A stretch of DNA of 64,000 nucleotides from Candidatus Thiosymbion ectosymbiont of Catanema sp. Cochon2018 (GCA_011392765.1 WYCW01000004.1:573846-637845), one strand, 5' to 3'. Positions 17,182 through 26,707 are shown, numbered from the stretch's first letter. The notes: generated by a model from the letters alone, not told the origin. A program made the numbers and translations.

Positions 17182-20100
17182 TCAGGCTTCCGTTTCCGAC
17201 TGCTCCAGCATTGGCCCGAGGATGCGCCTAGCCGTCTGCTCGAATTCCTCACCGATGGGCTCGTGGCCGCGGAAGGCGATGCGCACCGCAACTTGGTCTC
17301 GCTCCGGCGCGGGATTGTAGCGCCCAGACCAGGCGTGGTCGAAGCCGCTACCGTAGCCGTTCTCCATCCAGGCCAGGGAGCTCTCAGGGAAGAAGACCAG
17401 AGGTCTCTTGAGACCTTCTCGGCGCAGCTCGAGCAGATCCGCGAGTAGGCCTTCTGCGTCGGCAACCGGCGCCAGACGTAAGCTCCGGTCCTTGGCAACG
17501 AAGGTACTGGCCGGTTCGATCCCCTTTGGGGCCAAAAGATTCAGCACCAAATGGTGCGCCCAGGTCCTTAATCGGTCCTTGGCGCTGAGCTTGCCGAAGC
17601 GATAGTCGATCAGTCCCCTGGCATGCAGGTTCCCCAACCGCCCCTGCAGGCGAAAGCCCGCCAGGGACAGGTCCACCTCGACGGGCTCGGCCTCCGCCAC
17701 CAGGCAGTCTTGCAGCCGCTGGACGAAGGATTCCGCTGCTTCCAATTGCTCGTCGAGGAGCAGCTCACCGGGGGCGCCGTGGGGCAGGCTTCCTGCGCCG
17801 CGCAGACGGGCCAGAATCGAAGATCGCCCCCGCCCCTCCAACAGGCCATGCAGCAGCGATTGATCGAGTCGATAGCGTTCCAGTCCTGCCGCGTCGAAGA
17901 GCTCGGTGTCCTCCGGGATCTCGGCCTCTTCGGACAGACTCAGCCCGAGGCGTTCGGTGAGGAAGTACCAGGTCGGATTGCGTAAAAAACGGATCAGGTC
18001 TTCGATCTCGAGGGTCCTGAACGCTTCTCCCGGCTCCGGGAGCGCAGTGTCGCAGAAGGGTGTCAACTTCGCCTCGACCTGGGTCCGGGCCGCGTCCAGC
18101 CAGGTCCGCGCATAGCTGAACAGGCGTTCGTCGTCCGGGTCGAAATAGCGGCGGCTGAAGGGTTGCAGGGGATGGCGCACGATCAGCTGTTCGGCCGGGT
18201 CCGTGCCGTCGGGGAGTCGGTAGCCCCGACGCAGGTAGTCGAGCAGCTCGTCGATCACGACGGAGGGCATTTTGGGGCTGTTGTCGCGCTCGTCGTTGCC
18301 GACCCAGCTCAGGTAAAGGACGTCGCGGGCCGAGAGCAGGGCCTCAAGGAACAGGTAGCGGTCGTCCCGGCGGCGGGAGCGATCGCCGCGCCGCGGGTGG
18401 CGGGTCATGAGGTCGAAGGACAGGGGCCGCTGAGTACGCGGGAAGTCGGCCCCGTTCATGCCGATCAGGCAGACGACCCGGAACGGGATGCTGCGCATGG
18501 GCACCATGTTGCAGAAGTTGACTCGCCCGGTCAGGAAGCTGTGGGCGCCGCGGCCACTATCCATCAGATCCCGGAACAGGGTGCGCGGTACGTCCAAGGC
18601 GACGGCTCGGTCGAATCCGGCGGCCTGGGCCCGGGCCACCGTTTCGTCGAATTCGTCGCGTACCAATTGCAGCAGGGCCTCCTCCTCATCGTCGGGGGCG
18701 AAGAAGGCCGCCAGCAGCTCGCTCAGGGTGGTGCGCCAACCGGCCAGGCTCCGTGGAACCGTCAGTCGCCTGCGCCAGATGCCGAGGATCTCGACCAAGG
18801 CCGCCAGTTGCCCGAGATAGGCCACCTCGCCACCCTCCAGGTCCGGGTAGGGCAAGACCCCCGCGTAGGGCTCGTCATCCGTAGCGGGTGGCAGCGCGTA
18901 GCCGAGAAACAGGCGTTTCAGGCCGAAGGCCCAGGTGTTGGCCGGCTCGTCCGGCAGCCCCAGGTCGGCGCGCATGGCCCCGTCTTGTCCCCAGCGCACC
19001 CCGCTCTCCCGCACCCAGGTGCGGATCCGTTCCACGCCCTCGTCATCGAGATCAAAGCGCCGGCGGAGCGGGACGACTTCGAGCAGGGATAAGAGCTCGC
19101 CGGCCTCGAAGCGGCTGCTCGGCAGCGCGAGCAGGCGTTTTAAGGCATCCAACACCGGGCGCTCGCCGGCAATCCGCCGATCGGCAATGGACCAGGGGAT
19201 GCGGGTGGGTACATCCGCAGCACCGAACACCGCCTCCACGTAGGGGGCGTACCGGTCGATGTCCGGCGCCATGACGATGATGTCCCGCGGTTCCAGGTCG
19301 TCGAGCCGCTCGAACAGGTGCAGCAGGCGGTCGTGCAGGACCTGGATCTCGCGCAGTGGACCGTGGGTGCTGTGGAATTGCAGCGATCGATCGTCGGGGG
19401 CGATGACCTGCGGCTCCAACCCGCGCGGATCGACCAGCTCCAGCAGATCCCGCTGCACCCGTTGCAATAGGCCATCGCCGCGCGGGGATACGAAGCGGTC
19501 ATGGTCCAGGCCACCGAGCTCGAGGAGCTGATCGAGAAATACCTGCCCGGCGTGGCCGAGGGAGGCCAGCAGCGGATTGCCCAGGTCCAGGAGTCCGGTC
19601 GGGTCCGGTCTGCCGGCTCGCTGGGCCCGGGCCCGCCGCCGCGCCTGGCCGCGCTCGTCTACCAGGTCGGACCAGTACTCACGACAGGGATTGAGGAAGA
19701 ACAGGTAGACCGGAATCCGGCTCGCCAAGGCGCCGAGCATCCGCAAATAAACGGGTGCCAGTGCGCTCAACCCGAACAGACATACCCGCTCCGGTAAGGT
19801 GTCGGCAGCGGGTCCACCCCGCACCATCGCCGATTCCAGCTCGGCCAGCAGCTGCGCCCGATGGACCTGGTCATTATCCGCGCTCAGGGCACGCCAGAGT
19901 TCGGCCTGCCAATGCTCGTCTTCTCTCTGCTCCCAGCCCAGGACCAGATCCGGCCGAAAGACCAGGTATTGATCGAACAGGTCCGCGATGCGTTGGGCAA
20001 GCCGATACAGCTTCAGCCCCGAGGCATCGTCGGCAAGATAGCGAGCGAGGGAAGCGAATTCCGGCCGTTCGAGCAGATCCGGCAGCTGCTGACACACCCG

Positions 20101-20412
20101 CCACAGCAGAAAGCCCTGGTCGAACCGGGTCGCGTCCGGTGTTTCCGGCAGCCAAGCCTGCAACACCCGCCACAAGAAGCCCGCCGGCAGCGGAAAGTCC
20201 AACCGGGCGCTGATGCCGTTGTGCTGCGCCAACTGCTGGGCGATCCAGCGGGCCATGCCCTGGTTTTGGACGACGATGGTCTCGGGCCGGAAGGGATCGG
20301 CCGGCGAAACTGCGGTGATCCGCGCCAGCTCTTCGACCAGCACCTCCAACCGGTTGCCGTGGTAGACCTGGAGCATATCCCCTATCGCGGTAGTCCCTAA
20401 ATGGTATGTCAT
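17182..20412 (-). CDS. recC: Exodeoxyribonuclease V gamma subunit RecC
   Basis: ~1070 aa with MLQVYHGNRLEVLVEEL...ETIVVQNQGMARWI, typical of the RecC N-terminus. The true start may be the internal ATG at 20376. Confidence 0.9.
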   Translation of the reverse strand: MTYHLGTTAIGDMLQVYHGNRLEVLVEELARITAVSPADPFRPETIVVQNQGMARWIAQQLAQHNGISARLDFPLPAGFLWRVLQAWLPETPDATRFDQGFLLWRVCQQLPDLLERPEFASLARYLADDASGLKLYRLAQRIADLFDQYLVFRPDLVLGWEQREDEHWQAELWRALSADNDQVHRAQLLAELESAMVRGGPAADTLPERVCLFGLSALAPVYLRMLGALASRIPVYLFFLNPCREYWSDLVDERGQARRRARAQRAGRPDPTGLLDLGNPLLASLGHAGQVFLDQLLELGGLDHDRFVSPRGDGLLQRVQRDLLELVDPRGLEPQVIAPDDRSLQFHSTHGPLREIQVLHDRLLHLFERLDDLEPRDIIVMAPDIDRYAPYVEAVFGAADVPTRIPWSIADRRIAGERPVLDALKRLLALPSSRFEAGELLSLLEVVPLRRRFDLDDEGVERIRTWVRESGVRWGQDGAMRADLGLPDEPANTWAFGLKRLFLGYALPPATDDEPYAGVLPYPDLEGGEVAYLGQLAALVEILGIWRRRLTVPRSLAGWRTTLSELLAAFFAPDDEEEALLQLVRDEFDETVARAQAAGFDRAVALDVPRTLFRDLMDSGRGAHSFLTGRVNFCNMVPMRSIPFRVVCLIGMNGADFPRTQRPLSFDLMTRHPRRGDRSRRRDDRYLFLEALLSARDVLYLSWVGNDERDNSPKMPSVVIDELLDYLRRGYRLPDGTDPAEQLIVRHPLQPFSRRYFDPDDERLFSYARTWLDAARTQVEAKLTPFCDTALPEPGEAFRTLEIEDLIRFLRNPTWYFLTERLGLSLSEEAEIPEDTELFDAAGLERYRLDQSLLHGLLEGRGRSSILARLRGAGSLPHGAPGELLLDEQLEAAESFVQRLQDCLVAEAEPVEVDLSLAGFRLQGRLGNLHARGLIDYRFGKLSAKDRLRTWAHHLVLNLLAPKGIEPASTFVAKDRSLRLAPVADAEGLLADLLELRREGLKRPLVFFPESSLAWMENGYGSGFDHAWSGRYNPAPERDQVAVRIAFRGHEPIGEEFEQTARRILGPMLEQSETEA

Positions 20413-20463
20413 TTGTATGCGGTAGAATGGTGGTCGGTCGAAGGAGATCTTTAAACCTTACAG

Positions 20464-21104
20464 ATGAAGCAGATCAGCGAAGAATCCCCGGCGCTCAGTG
20501 TCGTCATCGTCAACTACAATGCCGGTGCTCTACTTGCGGATTGTGTCCGGGCGGTGCTGGCCTCGCCGGTCGATCTGGAGGTATTCATCAGCGACAACGG
20601 GTCTACGGACGAGAGCTTGGCGCGTGTTCGGGAGCACCAGGGGAAGGAACCGCGGCTGACCATCCTGGAGCACGACTCCAATCTGGGTTTCGCGCGGGGC
20701 AATAACCTCGCCTTCGCCCATACCCGTGCACCCTATCTGCTGATTCTGAATCCCGATTGTATCGTCGGTCCCGATGCCCTTGGGTACCTGCTCGAGTTCA
20801 TGGGCGCGACCCCCGATGCCGGTATGGCCGGTTGCGTGATTCGTAATCCGGACGGGAGTGAACAGCGGTCGTCCCGCGCCGGCTTCCGAATCCCCGGATC
20901 GGGCTGACCCATTTCCTGTGCCTGGAGCGGTTTTTCCCGCGGTTCGCCTGCAATCAGCGCCTGGTCCTGGGCAATGATCCTTTGCCTGAACGACCGGTCC
21001 CGGTAGAAGCGATCTCCGGTGCCTTTATGTTGGTCCGAAGGACGGCGCTGGAGGTGGTCGGCCCGCTCGACGAAGGCTATTTTCTGCACTGCGAAGACCT
21101 GGAA
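20464..21104 (+). pseudogene. Family-2 glycosyltransferase, frameshifted near 20880-20900 and truncated after the HCEDLE motif
   Basis: Frame 1 reads SVVIVNYNAGALLADCVRAV...ISDNGSTDES...NLGFARGNN...LILNPD up to a stop at 20907. A second frame continues PERPVPVEAISGAFMLVRRTALEVVGPLDEGYFLHCEDLE. The remainder of the GT2 is absent. Confidence 0.75.
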
Positions 21105-21133
21105 GCGCTCGATCCCTATGGCCGGGGCGACAA

Positions 21134-22022
21134 TTGGAGGTTCGCGGCGCGGACCTCACCGACCCGTCCACGCTGGTCGGCCGGCTCGCCGGGATCGAGT
21201 TTGTCTCCCACCTGGCGAGTTATGCGCCGGCGCCGCAAGAGATCGATGTCTACCAGGCGCCTGCCCATTGGCCTGTGACGGCGGAAGGTACCCGCAACCT
21301 CGTGGACGCGGCGCCGGCAGCCGGTGTTCGGCGGTCTGGTCTATCTGAGCAGCGTCAAGGTCATGGGGACAGCGATCGGTGCCGGCGGCGGACCAGTGGA
21401 CGAGGCAACGCCACCTGCGCCGGATACCCTGTACGGACACGCCAAACTGGCGGCGGAGCGCAGTGTCCTGGCGGCGGGCGAAGCGGGGGAGCTGCGGGTC
21501 TGTGTGTTACGCCCGCCGATGATCTATGGGATAACCGGAGCAGGCAACATCGCGCGTATGATCGACGCAGTGGCGCGGAATCGGTTCCCTCCCTGGCCGA
21601 AACTCGACCATCGGCGATCGTCCGTTCACGTGCTGGATCTTATCGCGGCCGCTTTTCTTGCGGCCACTCATCCACGGACAGGCGACCGCTCCTACCTGGT
21701 GACCGATGACCACGGCTATTCCACCCAGTGGCTGTATGAACGGATTCGAGTCGCCCTGGGCCGACCAGTGCCCGGATGGACAGTCCTCTACCGGGCCCTG
21801 GCGACCGCTGCTTATGGGGCCACCTGGTTGGAAAAATTATTTCGGCGGCGCATGTTCCTCAACCGCGAAGACTGGCGTAAGCTTACAGAGATCGCCTGGT
21901 TTTCCTCGGATTGGATCCGTACCGAACTGGGCTTTGAGCCGCACCACAGCCTGGAACAGGAAATACCTCGAATGGTCCGGGAATACCTGGATACCGCTCC
22001 TTCCGGAGACCGGCTTGATTAA
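21134..22022 (+). pseudogene. NAD-dependent epimerase/dehydratase lacking its N-terminal Rossmann GxxGxxG segment, with a +1 frameshift near 21337
   Basis: 21134 frame: VRGADLTDPSTLVGRLAGIEFVSHLAS...TAEGTRNLVDAAPAAGVRR. 21324 frame: LVYLSSVKVMG...DTLYGHAKLAAE (YxxxK). Removing one T in ggcggTctggtc restores GVRRLVYLSS. Confidence 0.75.
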
Positions 22023-22155
22023 CCACAGAGGCGCAGAGAACACAGAGAGTTTTTAATGAGACCTTAGCTGGATTGCAAGGATTGCTCGCTGCGCGCTGAT
22101 CGCAGAAACCTCCTTGTGATCGCTTTCTCTGTATCCTCAGCGCCTCTGCGGTTCA
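22021..22155. repeat. Split CACAGAG-word hairpin (arms 22021-22050 / 22120-22155) around a ~70 bp loop
   Basis: aaccacagaggcgcagagaacacagagag versus ctttctctgtatcctcagcgcctctgcggtt. Confidence 0.75.
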
Positions 22156-22215
22156 TCCTTCTTACGGATTCGGGTTTGCCGCTTACTCCATTTGCGTCCA
22201 AGGGGGAAGGTAGCT

Positions 22216-23316
22216 ATGAATATGCATATTCGTTCTGAGAATATCGTCCAGACGATCGATGCATTGGAGCAATGTATCCAACGTCCGATACCCGACGCAA
22301 AGATCATACAACGTCTTGCGAAGAAGCACCCGATGCGGATCACGCGCTATTATCTCGATTTAATCGATTGGGATGATCCGAAAGATCCCATCCGCAAAAT
22401 AGCCATTCCATCTCGTGGAGAACAGAAACTCTCCGGTACCTTCGATACCAGCGGAGAACATGTGTATACGAAATTTCGGGGGCTCCAGCACAAGTACCGA
22501 CAGACCGCCTTGATTTTAACGACGAATAGCTGCGCGGTGTATTGCCGGCATTGTTTCAGGAAACGACTGGTCGGACTGGTCGAGAATGAGGTTGTCGTCG
22601 ATTGGGACCGTGTAGTGGCTTATCTCACGGCGCATCGGGAAGTGACCAATGTGCTGCTCAGTGGCGGCGATCCCCTGATGCTTACGACAGATCACCTCGA
22701 AGACATCCTGCGCCGACTGTCGAGAATTCCCCATCTCCTGTATGTCAGGATCGGCTCTCGCATTCCGGTCGTTCTCCCCGATCGAATTCTCGACGATGAT
22801 TCCCTGCATGAAGCCTTCAAGGCTTTTGCGTCGGGTGAAAAACGACTGTATGTCACTACCCAATTCAACCACCCGCGCGAGCTGACATCAACCAGCATCC
22901 AGTCCGTGAAGCGCCTGCAAGGGGATGGAGTGATCGTGAATAATCAAACGGTCTTATTGAAGGGGGTCAATGATTGCTCCTCCGTCATGGCGGAATTGCA
23001 GGCCACTCTGGCTCGCATCGGTGTAATTCCCTATTACGTTTTTCAATGCCGGCCGGTGACCGCTGTGATGGATGAATTTCAGGTTCCACTCTATGATGCC
23101 TGCCATTTGATCGACGAGGCCCGGAAACAGCTTGACGGATTGGGCAAGCGGTTCAGATTCGTCATGTCACATCTGACCGGAAAGATCGAGGTTCTAGGCT
23201 GGAGTGATGGTGGAATCCATGCAAAATACCACCAGACCAACCGTGCCTCTCTCCACAATAAACTCTTTCACAAAAGATTGGAAAAAGATGTCGGATGGTT
23301 GGATTTGGGCGGATAA
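22216..23316 (+). CDS. KamA-family radical SAM protein (lysine 2,3-aminomutase-like)
   Basis: CAVYCRHCFRKR (CxxxCxxC) cluster motif and N-terminal HPMRITRYYLDLIDWDDPKDPIRK. The ATG at 22216 follows a GGGGGAAGG RBS. The gene is locally AT-richer. Confidence 0.85.
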   Translation: MNMHIRSENIVQTIDALEQCIQRPIPDAKIIQRLAKKHPMRITRYYLDLIDWDDPKDPIRKIAIPSRGEQKLSGTFDTSGEHVYTKFRGLQHKYRQTALILTTNSCAVYCRHCFRKRLVGLVENEVVVDWDRVVAYLTAHREVTNVLLSGGDPLMLTTDHLEDILRRLSRIPHLLYVRIGSRIPVVLPDRILDDDSLHEAFKAFASGEKRLYVTTQFNHPRELTSTSIQSVKRLQGDGVIVNNQTVLLKGVNDCSSVMAELQATLARIGVIPYYVFQCRPVTAVMDEFQVPLYDACHLIDEARKQLDGLGKRFRFVMSHLTGKIEVLGWSDGGIHAKYHQTNRASLHNKLFHKRLEKDVGWLDLGG

Positions 23317-23453
23317 CAGCTGCGGTTCAAAAAGGTTATGTTTTCGGGAGAATTTGTACATGCTTGCTTTGGAAACACGAATTTCCGACAGGCAAACCCC
23401 TCCCCTTTCCACTAACATATCCTTGCGCCAAGACAACAGGGACCACACGCCAA

Positions 23454-23789
23454 ATGCAACGACTAATCCTTGCCGCCGCCTTTGCCGGCGTCGCCTCGCT
23501 GGCAACAGCGCGGGGCGAGGCCGAGCCCGGGACTTACCCGGAACCGCCCCGGCTACCCCCGTCGCCCTACCAGGGCGAGACGGTGGAACCCGAGGTCACC
23601 ATCATCGAGACCGGACAGGAGCGCATCTATGAATATCGGGTGCATGGTCAGCTCTATATGGTGAAAGTGCAGCCCCAGGTCGGACCGCCCTACTATCTTC
23701 TGGACACCACGGGGGACGGCCAGCTCGATACCCGTAAGGACCGGATCTGGAGCAATACGGTACCCCAGTGGGTGCTGTTCAGTTGGTAG
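23454..23789 (+). CDS. Secreted DUF2782-family protein
   Basis: Signal peptide MQRLILAAAFAGVASLATARG, then IYEYRVHGQLYMVKVQPQVGPPYYLLDTTGDG, which matches my memory of DUF2782. Confidence 0.7.
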   Translation: MQRLILAAAFAGVASLATARGEAEPGTYPEPPRLPPSPYQGETVEPEVTIIETGQERIYEYRVHGQLYMVKVQPQVGPPYYLLDTTGDGQLDTRKDRIWSNTVPQWVLFSW

Positions 23790-23904
23790 GATGTGGTGAG
23801 CGGTGGTCCCAGGGACCTGCTTGCGGCAGGCAGGCGGCGTGCCCGACATCCACATCTCGTTGAGCACGGGCACCGCTTAGGCGGTGCGCCTTTGCCCAAC
23901 CTAC
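23786..23904. repeat. REP-like element bounded by GTAGGATGTGGTGAGCGG ... GCGCCTTTGCCCAACCTAC
   Basis: Related copies lie at 7189-7322, 11357-11404 and 26848-26891, with fragments near 12690 and 42960. Each contains the GTTGGGCA/TGCCCAAC inverted pair. Confidence 0.75.
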
Positions 23905-24022
23905 CGCTGGAGGCAACCTGTTAAGCGAAAAGAAATCCATACGTGCTCGCCCTGTTTGCCGTGTCGCACACCTTCCTATGACTTCGGACGCATGACCATC
24001 CATAAAACCGCCGTAACCTCCG

Positions 24023-24598
24023 ATGGCATCTGAGCGCGCGTCGCCTCCCGACAAGGGCGCCGCCCTGCGCTCGTTGATTGCCGCCCTGGAGGCAGTCGGC
24101 GACCGGACCGGGCACGTCGTCTCCTGGCTTTCCTTCTTCATGGTGCTGGTCTCGTTCCTGGTAGTAGTGCTGCGCTACGCCTTCGATCTGGGCTGGATCG
24201 CCATGCAGGAGTCGGTGACCTATATGCACGCCGCCCTGTTCATGCTCGGGGCGGCCTACACCCTGCGGCACAACGGCCATGTGCGGGTAGACATCCTCTA
24301 CCAGAGGCTATCCCGGCGGGGGCGCGCCTGGGTGGACCTCCTGGGTACGCTCCTGCTCTTGCTGCCGGTGTGCGTCTTTATCGCCTGGATCGGTTGGGAC
24401 TATGTACTGGAGTCCTGGGAGGTCCTGGAGGGCTCGCGGGAGGCGGGGGGCATTCCCGGCGTTTATCTGCTCAAGACCCTGCTTATTATCATGCCGGTGC
24501 TGGTGCTGATTCAGGGATTGGCCTGGATCCTGCGCACCGGCCTCTTTCTGGCCGGCGTCGAGGGTGCCCTGCCGGTGGATGAGGGCGGCAATGCTTGA
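24023..24598 (+). CDS. TRAP transporter small permease (DctQ-type)
   Basis: 191 aa with four predicted TM segments. It overlaps the following large permease by ATGCTTGA. Confidence 0.85.
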   Translation: MASERASPPDKGAALRSLIAALEAVGDRTGHVVSWLSFFMVLVSFLVVVLRYAFDLGWIAMQESVTYMHAALFMLGAAYTLRHNGHVRVDILYQRLSRRGRAWVDLLGTLLLLLPVCVFIAWIGWDYVLESWEVLEGSREAGGIPGVYLLKTLLIIMPVLVLIQGLAWILRTGLFLAGVEGALPVDEGGNA

Positions 24599-25973
24599 GC
24601 TCATGCCCCTGTTTCTATTCCTGGGGGTAGGCCTGGTGCTCCTGGCCGGCTACCCGGTGGCACTATCCCTGGGCGGAACGGCGCTGGCCTTCGCTTTTCT
24701 CGGAGACTGGTTCGGGCTGTTCGATCCGGCGTTCATCGCCGCCCTGCCGAACCGTATCTACGGGGTCATGACCAACGAGACCCTGATCGCCGCGCCCCTG
24801 TTCGTGTTCATGGGCGTGATGCTGGAACGCTCGCAGGTGGCGGAGAGCCTGTTGGACACCATGGCCATGCTGTTCGGATCCCTGCGCGGCGGCCTGGGGA
24901 TCTCCGTGACCCTGGTGGGGATGCTGCTTGCGGCTAGTACCGGGATCGTCGGCGCGACCGTGGTGACCATGGGTCTGCTGTCCCTGCCCACTATGTTGCG
25001 GCGCGGCTACAACCCCGGAGTCGCCGCGGGTACTATCTGTGCCTCCGGGACCCTGGGCCAGATCATCCCGCCGTCCATCGTCCTAGTGCTGCTGGGCGAC
25101 GTACTCTCCTCCGCCTACCAACAGGCCCAACTCGATATGGGCCTGTTCGCCCCGGACACGGTGTCGGTGGGGGACCTGTTCGTCGGTGCCCTGATCCCCG
25201 GGTTGGTGCTGGTCCTGCTCTACCTGTTGTACCTGCTCGGGGTGGCCTGGGTGCGTCCCGAGGCCGTACCGGCCATCCCCGAATCCGAGCGGACGATCGC
25301 ACCGGGTCTGCTGTGGCGGCGGGTACTCCTGGCGCTCCTGCCCCCCCTGCTGCTGATCGTGGCGGTATTGGGCTCCATCCTCTGGGGCGTAGCCACGCCG
25401 ACGGAGGCGGCATCCGTAGGAGCGGTGGGGGCCATGCTGTTGGCCTGGTCGCGCCGCCGCCTCAACCTCCGGACCCTCCGGGAGGTGATGGCTCAGACCA
25501 CTAATGTCACCAGCATGGTCTTCCTCATCCTCATCGGCGCATCCCTGTTCTCCCTGGTGTTCCGCGGCTTCCAGGGTGACGAGTTGGTGACCGACCTCCT
25601 CAGCGGGCTGCCGGGCGGTACCCTGAGTGCCGTCGCCCTGGTGATGCTGGTGATGTTCCTGCTCGGGTTCATCCTCGATTTTATCGAGATCACCTTCGTC
25701 GTGGTCCCGATCGTGGGGCCGGCGCTGCTGGGTATGGGGTTGGACCCGGTGTGGCTGGGGGTGATGATCGCCATCAACCTGCAGACATCCTTCCTGACCC
25801 CGCCCTTCGGTTTCTCCCTGTTCTACCTGCGTGGGGTCGCGCCGCCGCAGGTCAGGACCGGCCACATCTACCGCGGCGTCATGCCCTTTATCCTCATTCA
25901 ATTGTTGATGCTGGGGGCACTGGCGCTGTGGCCGCAGATCGCGACCTGGCTGCCGGATCTGGTTTACGGCTAG
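24591..25973 (+). CDS. TRAP transporter large permease (DctM-type)
   Basis: ~460 aa polytopic protein. The start at 24591 (MLELMPLFLFLGV) overlaps the dctQ-type stop. Confidence 0.9.
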   Translation: MLELMPLFLFLGVGLVLLAGYPVALSLGGTALAFAFLGDWFGLFDPAFIAALPNRIYGVMTNETLIAAPLFVFMGVMLERSQVAESLLDTMAMLFGSLRGGLGISVTLVGMLLAASTGIVGATVVTMGLLSLPTMLRRGYNPGVAAGTICASGTLGQIIPPSIVLVLLGDVLSSAYQQAQLDMGLFAPDTVSVGDLFVGALIPGLVLVLLYLLYLLGVAWVRPEAVPAIPESERTIAPGLLWRRVLLALLPPLLLIVAVLGSILWGVATPTEAASVGAVGAMLLAWSRRRLNLRTLREVMAQTTNVTSMVFLILIGASLFSLVFRGFQGDELVTDLLSGLPGGTLSAVALVMLVMFLLGFILDFIEITFVVVPIVGPALLGMGLDPVWLGVMIAINLQTSFLTPPFGFSLFYLRGVAPPQVRTGHIYRGVMPFILIQLLMLGALALWPQIATWLPDLVYG

Positions 25974-26275
25974 CGGGGCTTTGCCTCAGACCGACGAGGC
26001 GTGACCAACCGCACCGAAGAACCACGGATAGACACGGATAAACACGGATCACAATCCGTGTTTATCCGTGTCTGCCTCCGTGGTTCAAAGGATTTGCGAT
26101 TCCTGCCCAACAAGAGGCAGAACTATTTTTGTGCAGCGCACAAACTTGACTCATTTGTGAAGATGCAGGTCCCTCAAGGAATCCTAGCGAGGCTTTGCCT
26201 CAGAGACTGTCTAAAAAGGGATCGTAGGCCGTAGGCTGGGTTGCGGCCAGGGACGGCCAAAACCCAGCAATAACC
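25970..26275. repeat. Composite: box1 (25970-26004) - CACGGAT word hairpin (26018-26086) - box2+partial box1 (26130-26203) - truncated inverted MITE-A fragment (26202-26275)
   Basis: Direct reading. The TAG stop of the DctM-type gene lies inside box1 (ggCTAGcgg). Confidence 0.85.
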
Positions 26276-26483
26276 TAAAGGCAAAAGTTCGAGATGCCTT
26301 GGTCAGCGCCAAGGTAATGATTAGATTTCCGCCCTGGCAGCCACCCATAGTCGGCGCTGTTAAGATCCGTTGCAATCCGAAAAGGTAGTCATAAATGAAT
26401 CGCCCTTTTTGTCGCATGCGGCCCGCGTCTGGCTGGGAGAAAAAGCCGGTTCCGGTTTTCATTTCTCGTGCGCGGAAATTCAG

Positions 26484-26591
26484 ATGCGAACTATCGTCTA
26501 CATTGATGGCTATAATCTCATTCTACTGCTGCTGACGAAAACGTCCTTCAAGTGGCTGGACCTGAATCGGCTGTTTTCCTCGGGCAATTGA
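26484..26591 (+). pseudogene. Short 5' fragment of an NYN/LabA-like domain gene
   Basis: MRTIVYIDGYNL....KWLDLNRL resembles the conserved N-terminus of NYN-domain proteins but stops after 35 codons. Confidence 0.35.
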
Positions 26592-26707
26592 AAGCAATAC
26601 GATTTTTGTCAACAGCGCACTTGAATAATCAGTGGGTTAGAGTCGCCTGATCGGTGAAAACGCCTATTTTTCAAGGTGCCAGGGACAGTGGCAACCGCCG
26701 TGGGCTA

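Noticed and set aside
20376-20412. recC start at 20412 (MTYHLGTTAIGDM...) versus the internal ATG at 20376 (MLQVYHGNRLE).
   Set aside because: This is unresolved rather than rejected. RecC proteins usually begin near MLxVYHSNRLE, so the shorter form is likely, but I kept the ORF-track coordinates for the feature.
26370-26591. Full 73-aa ORF as a gene.
   Set aside because: Only the last 35 codons (from ATG 26484) resemble anything, namely an NYN-domain N-terminus. The upstream part lies in the MITE-A fragment flank. It is reported only as a low-confidence remnant.
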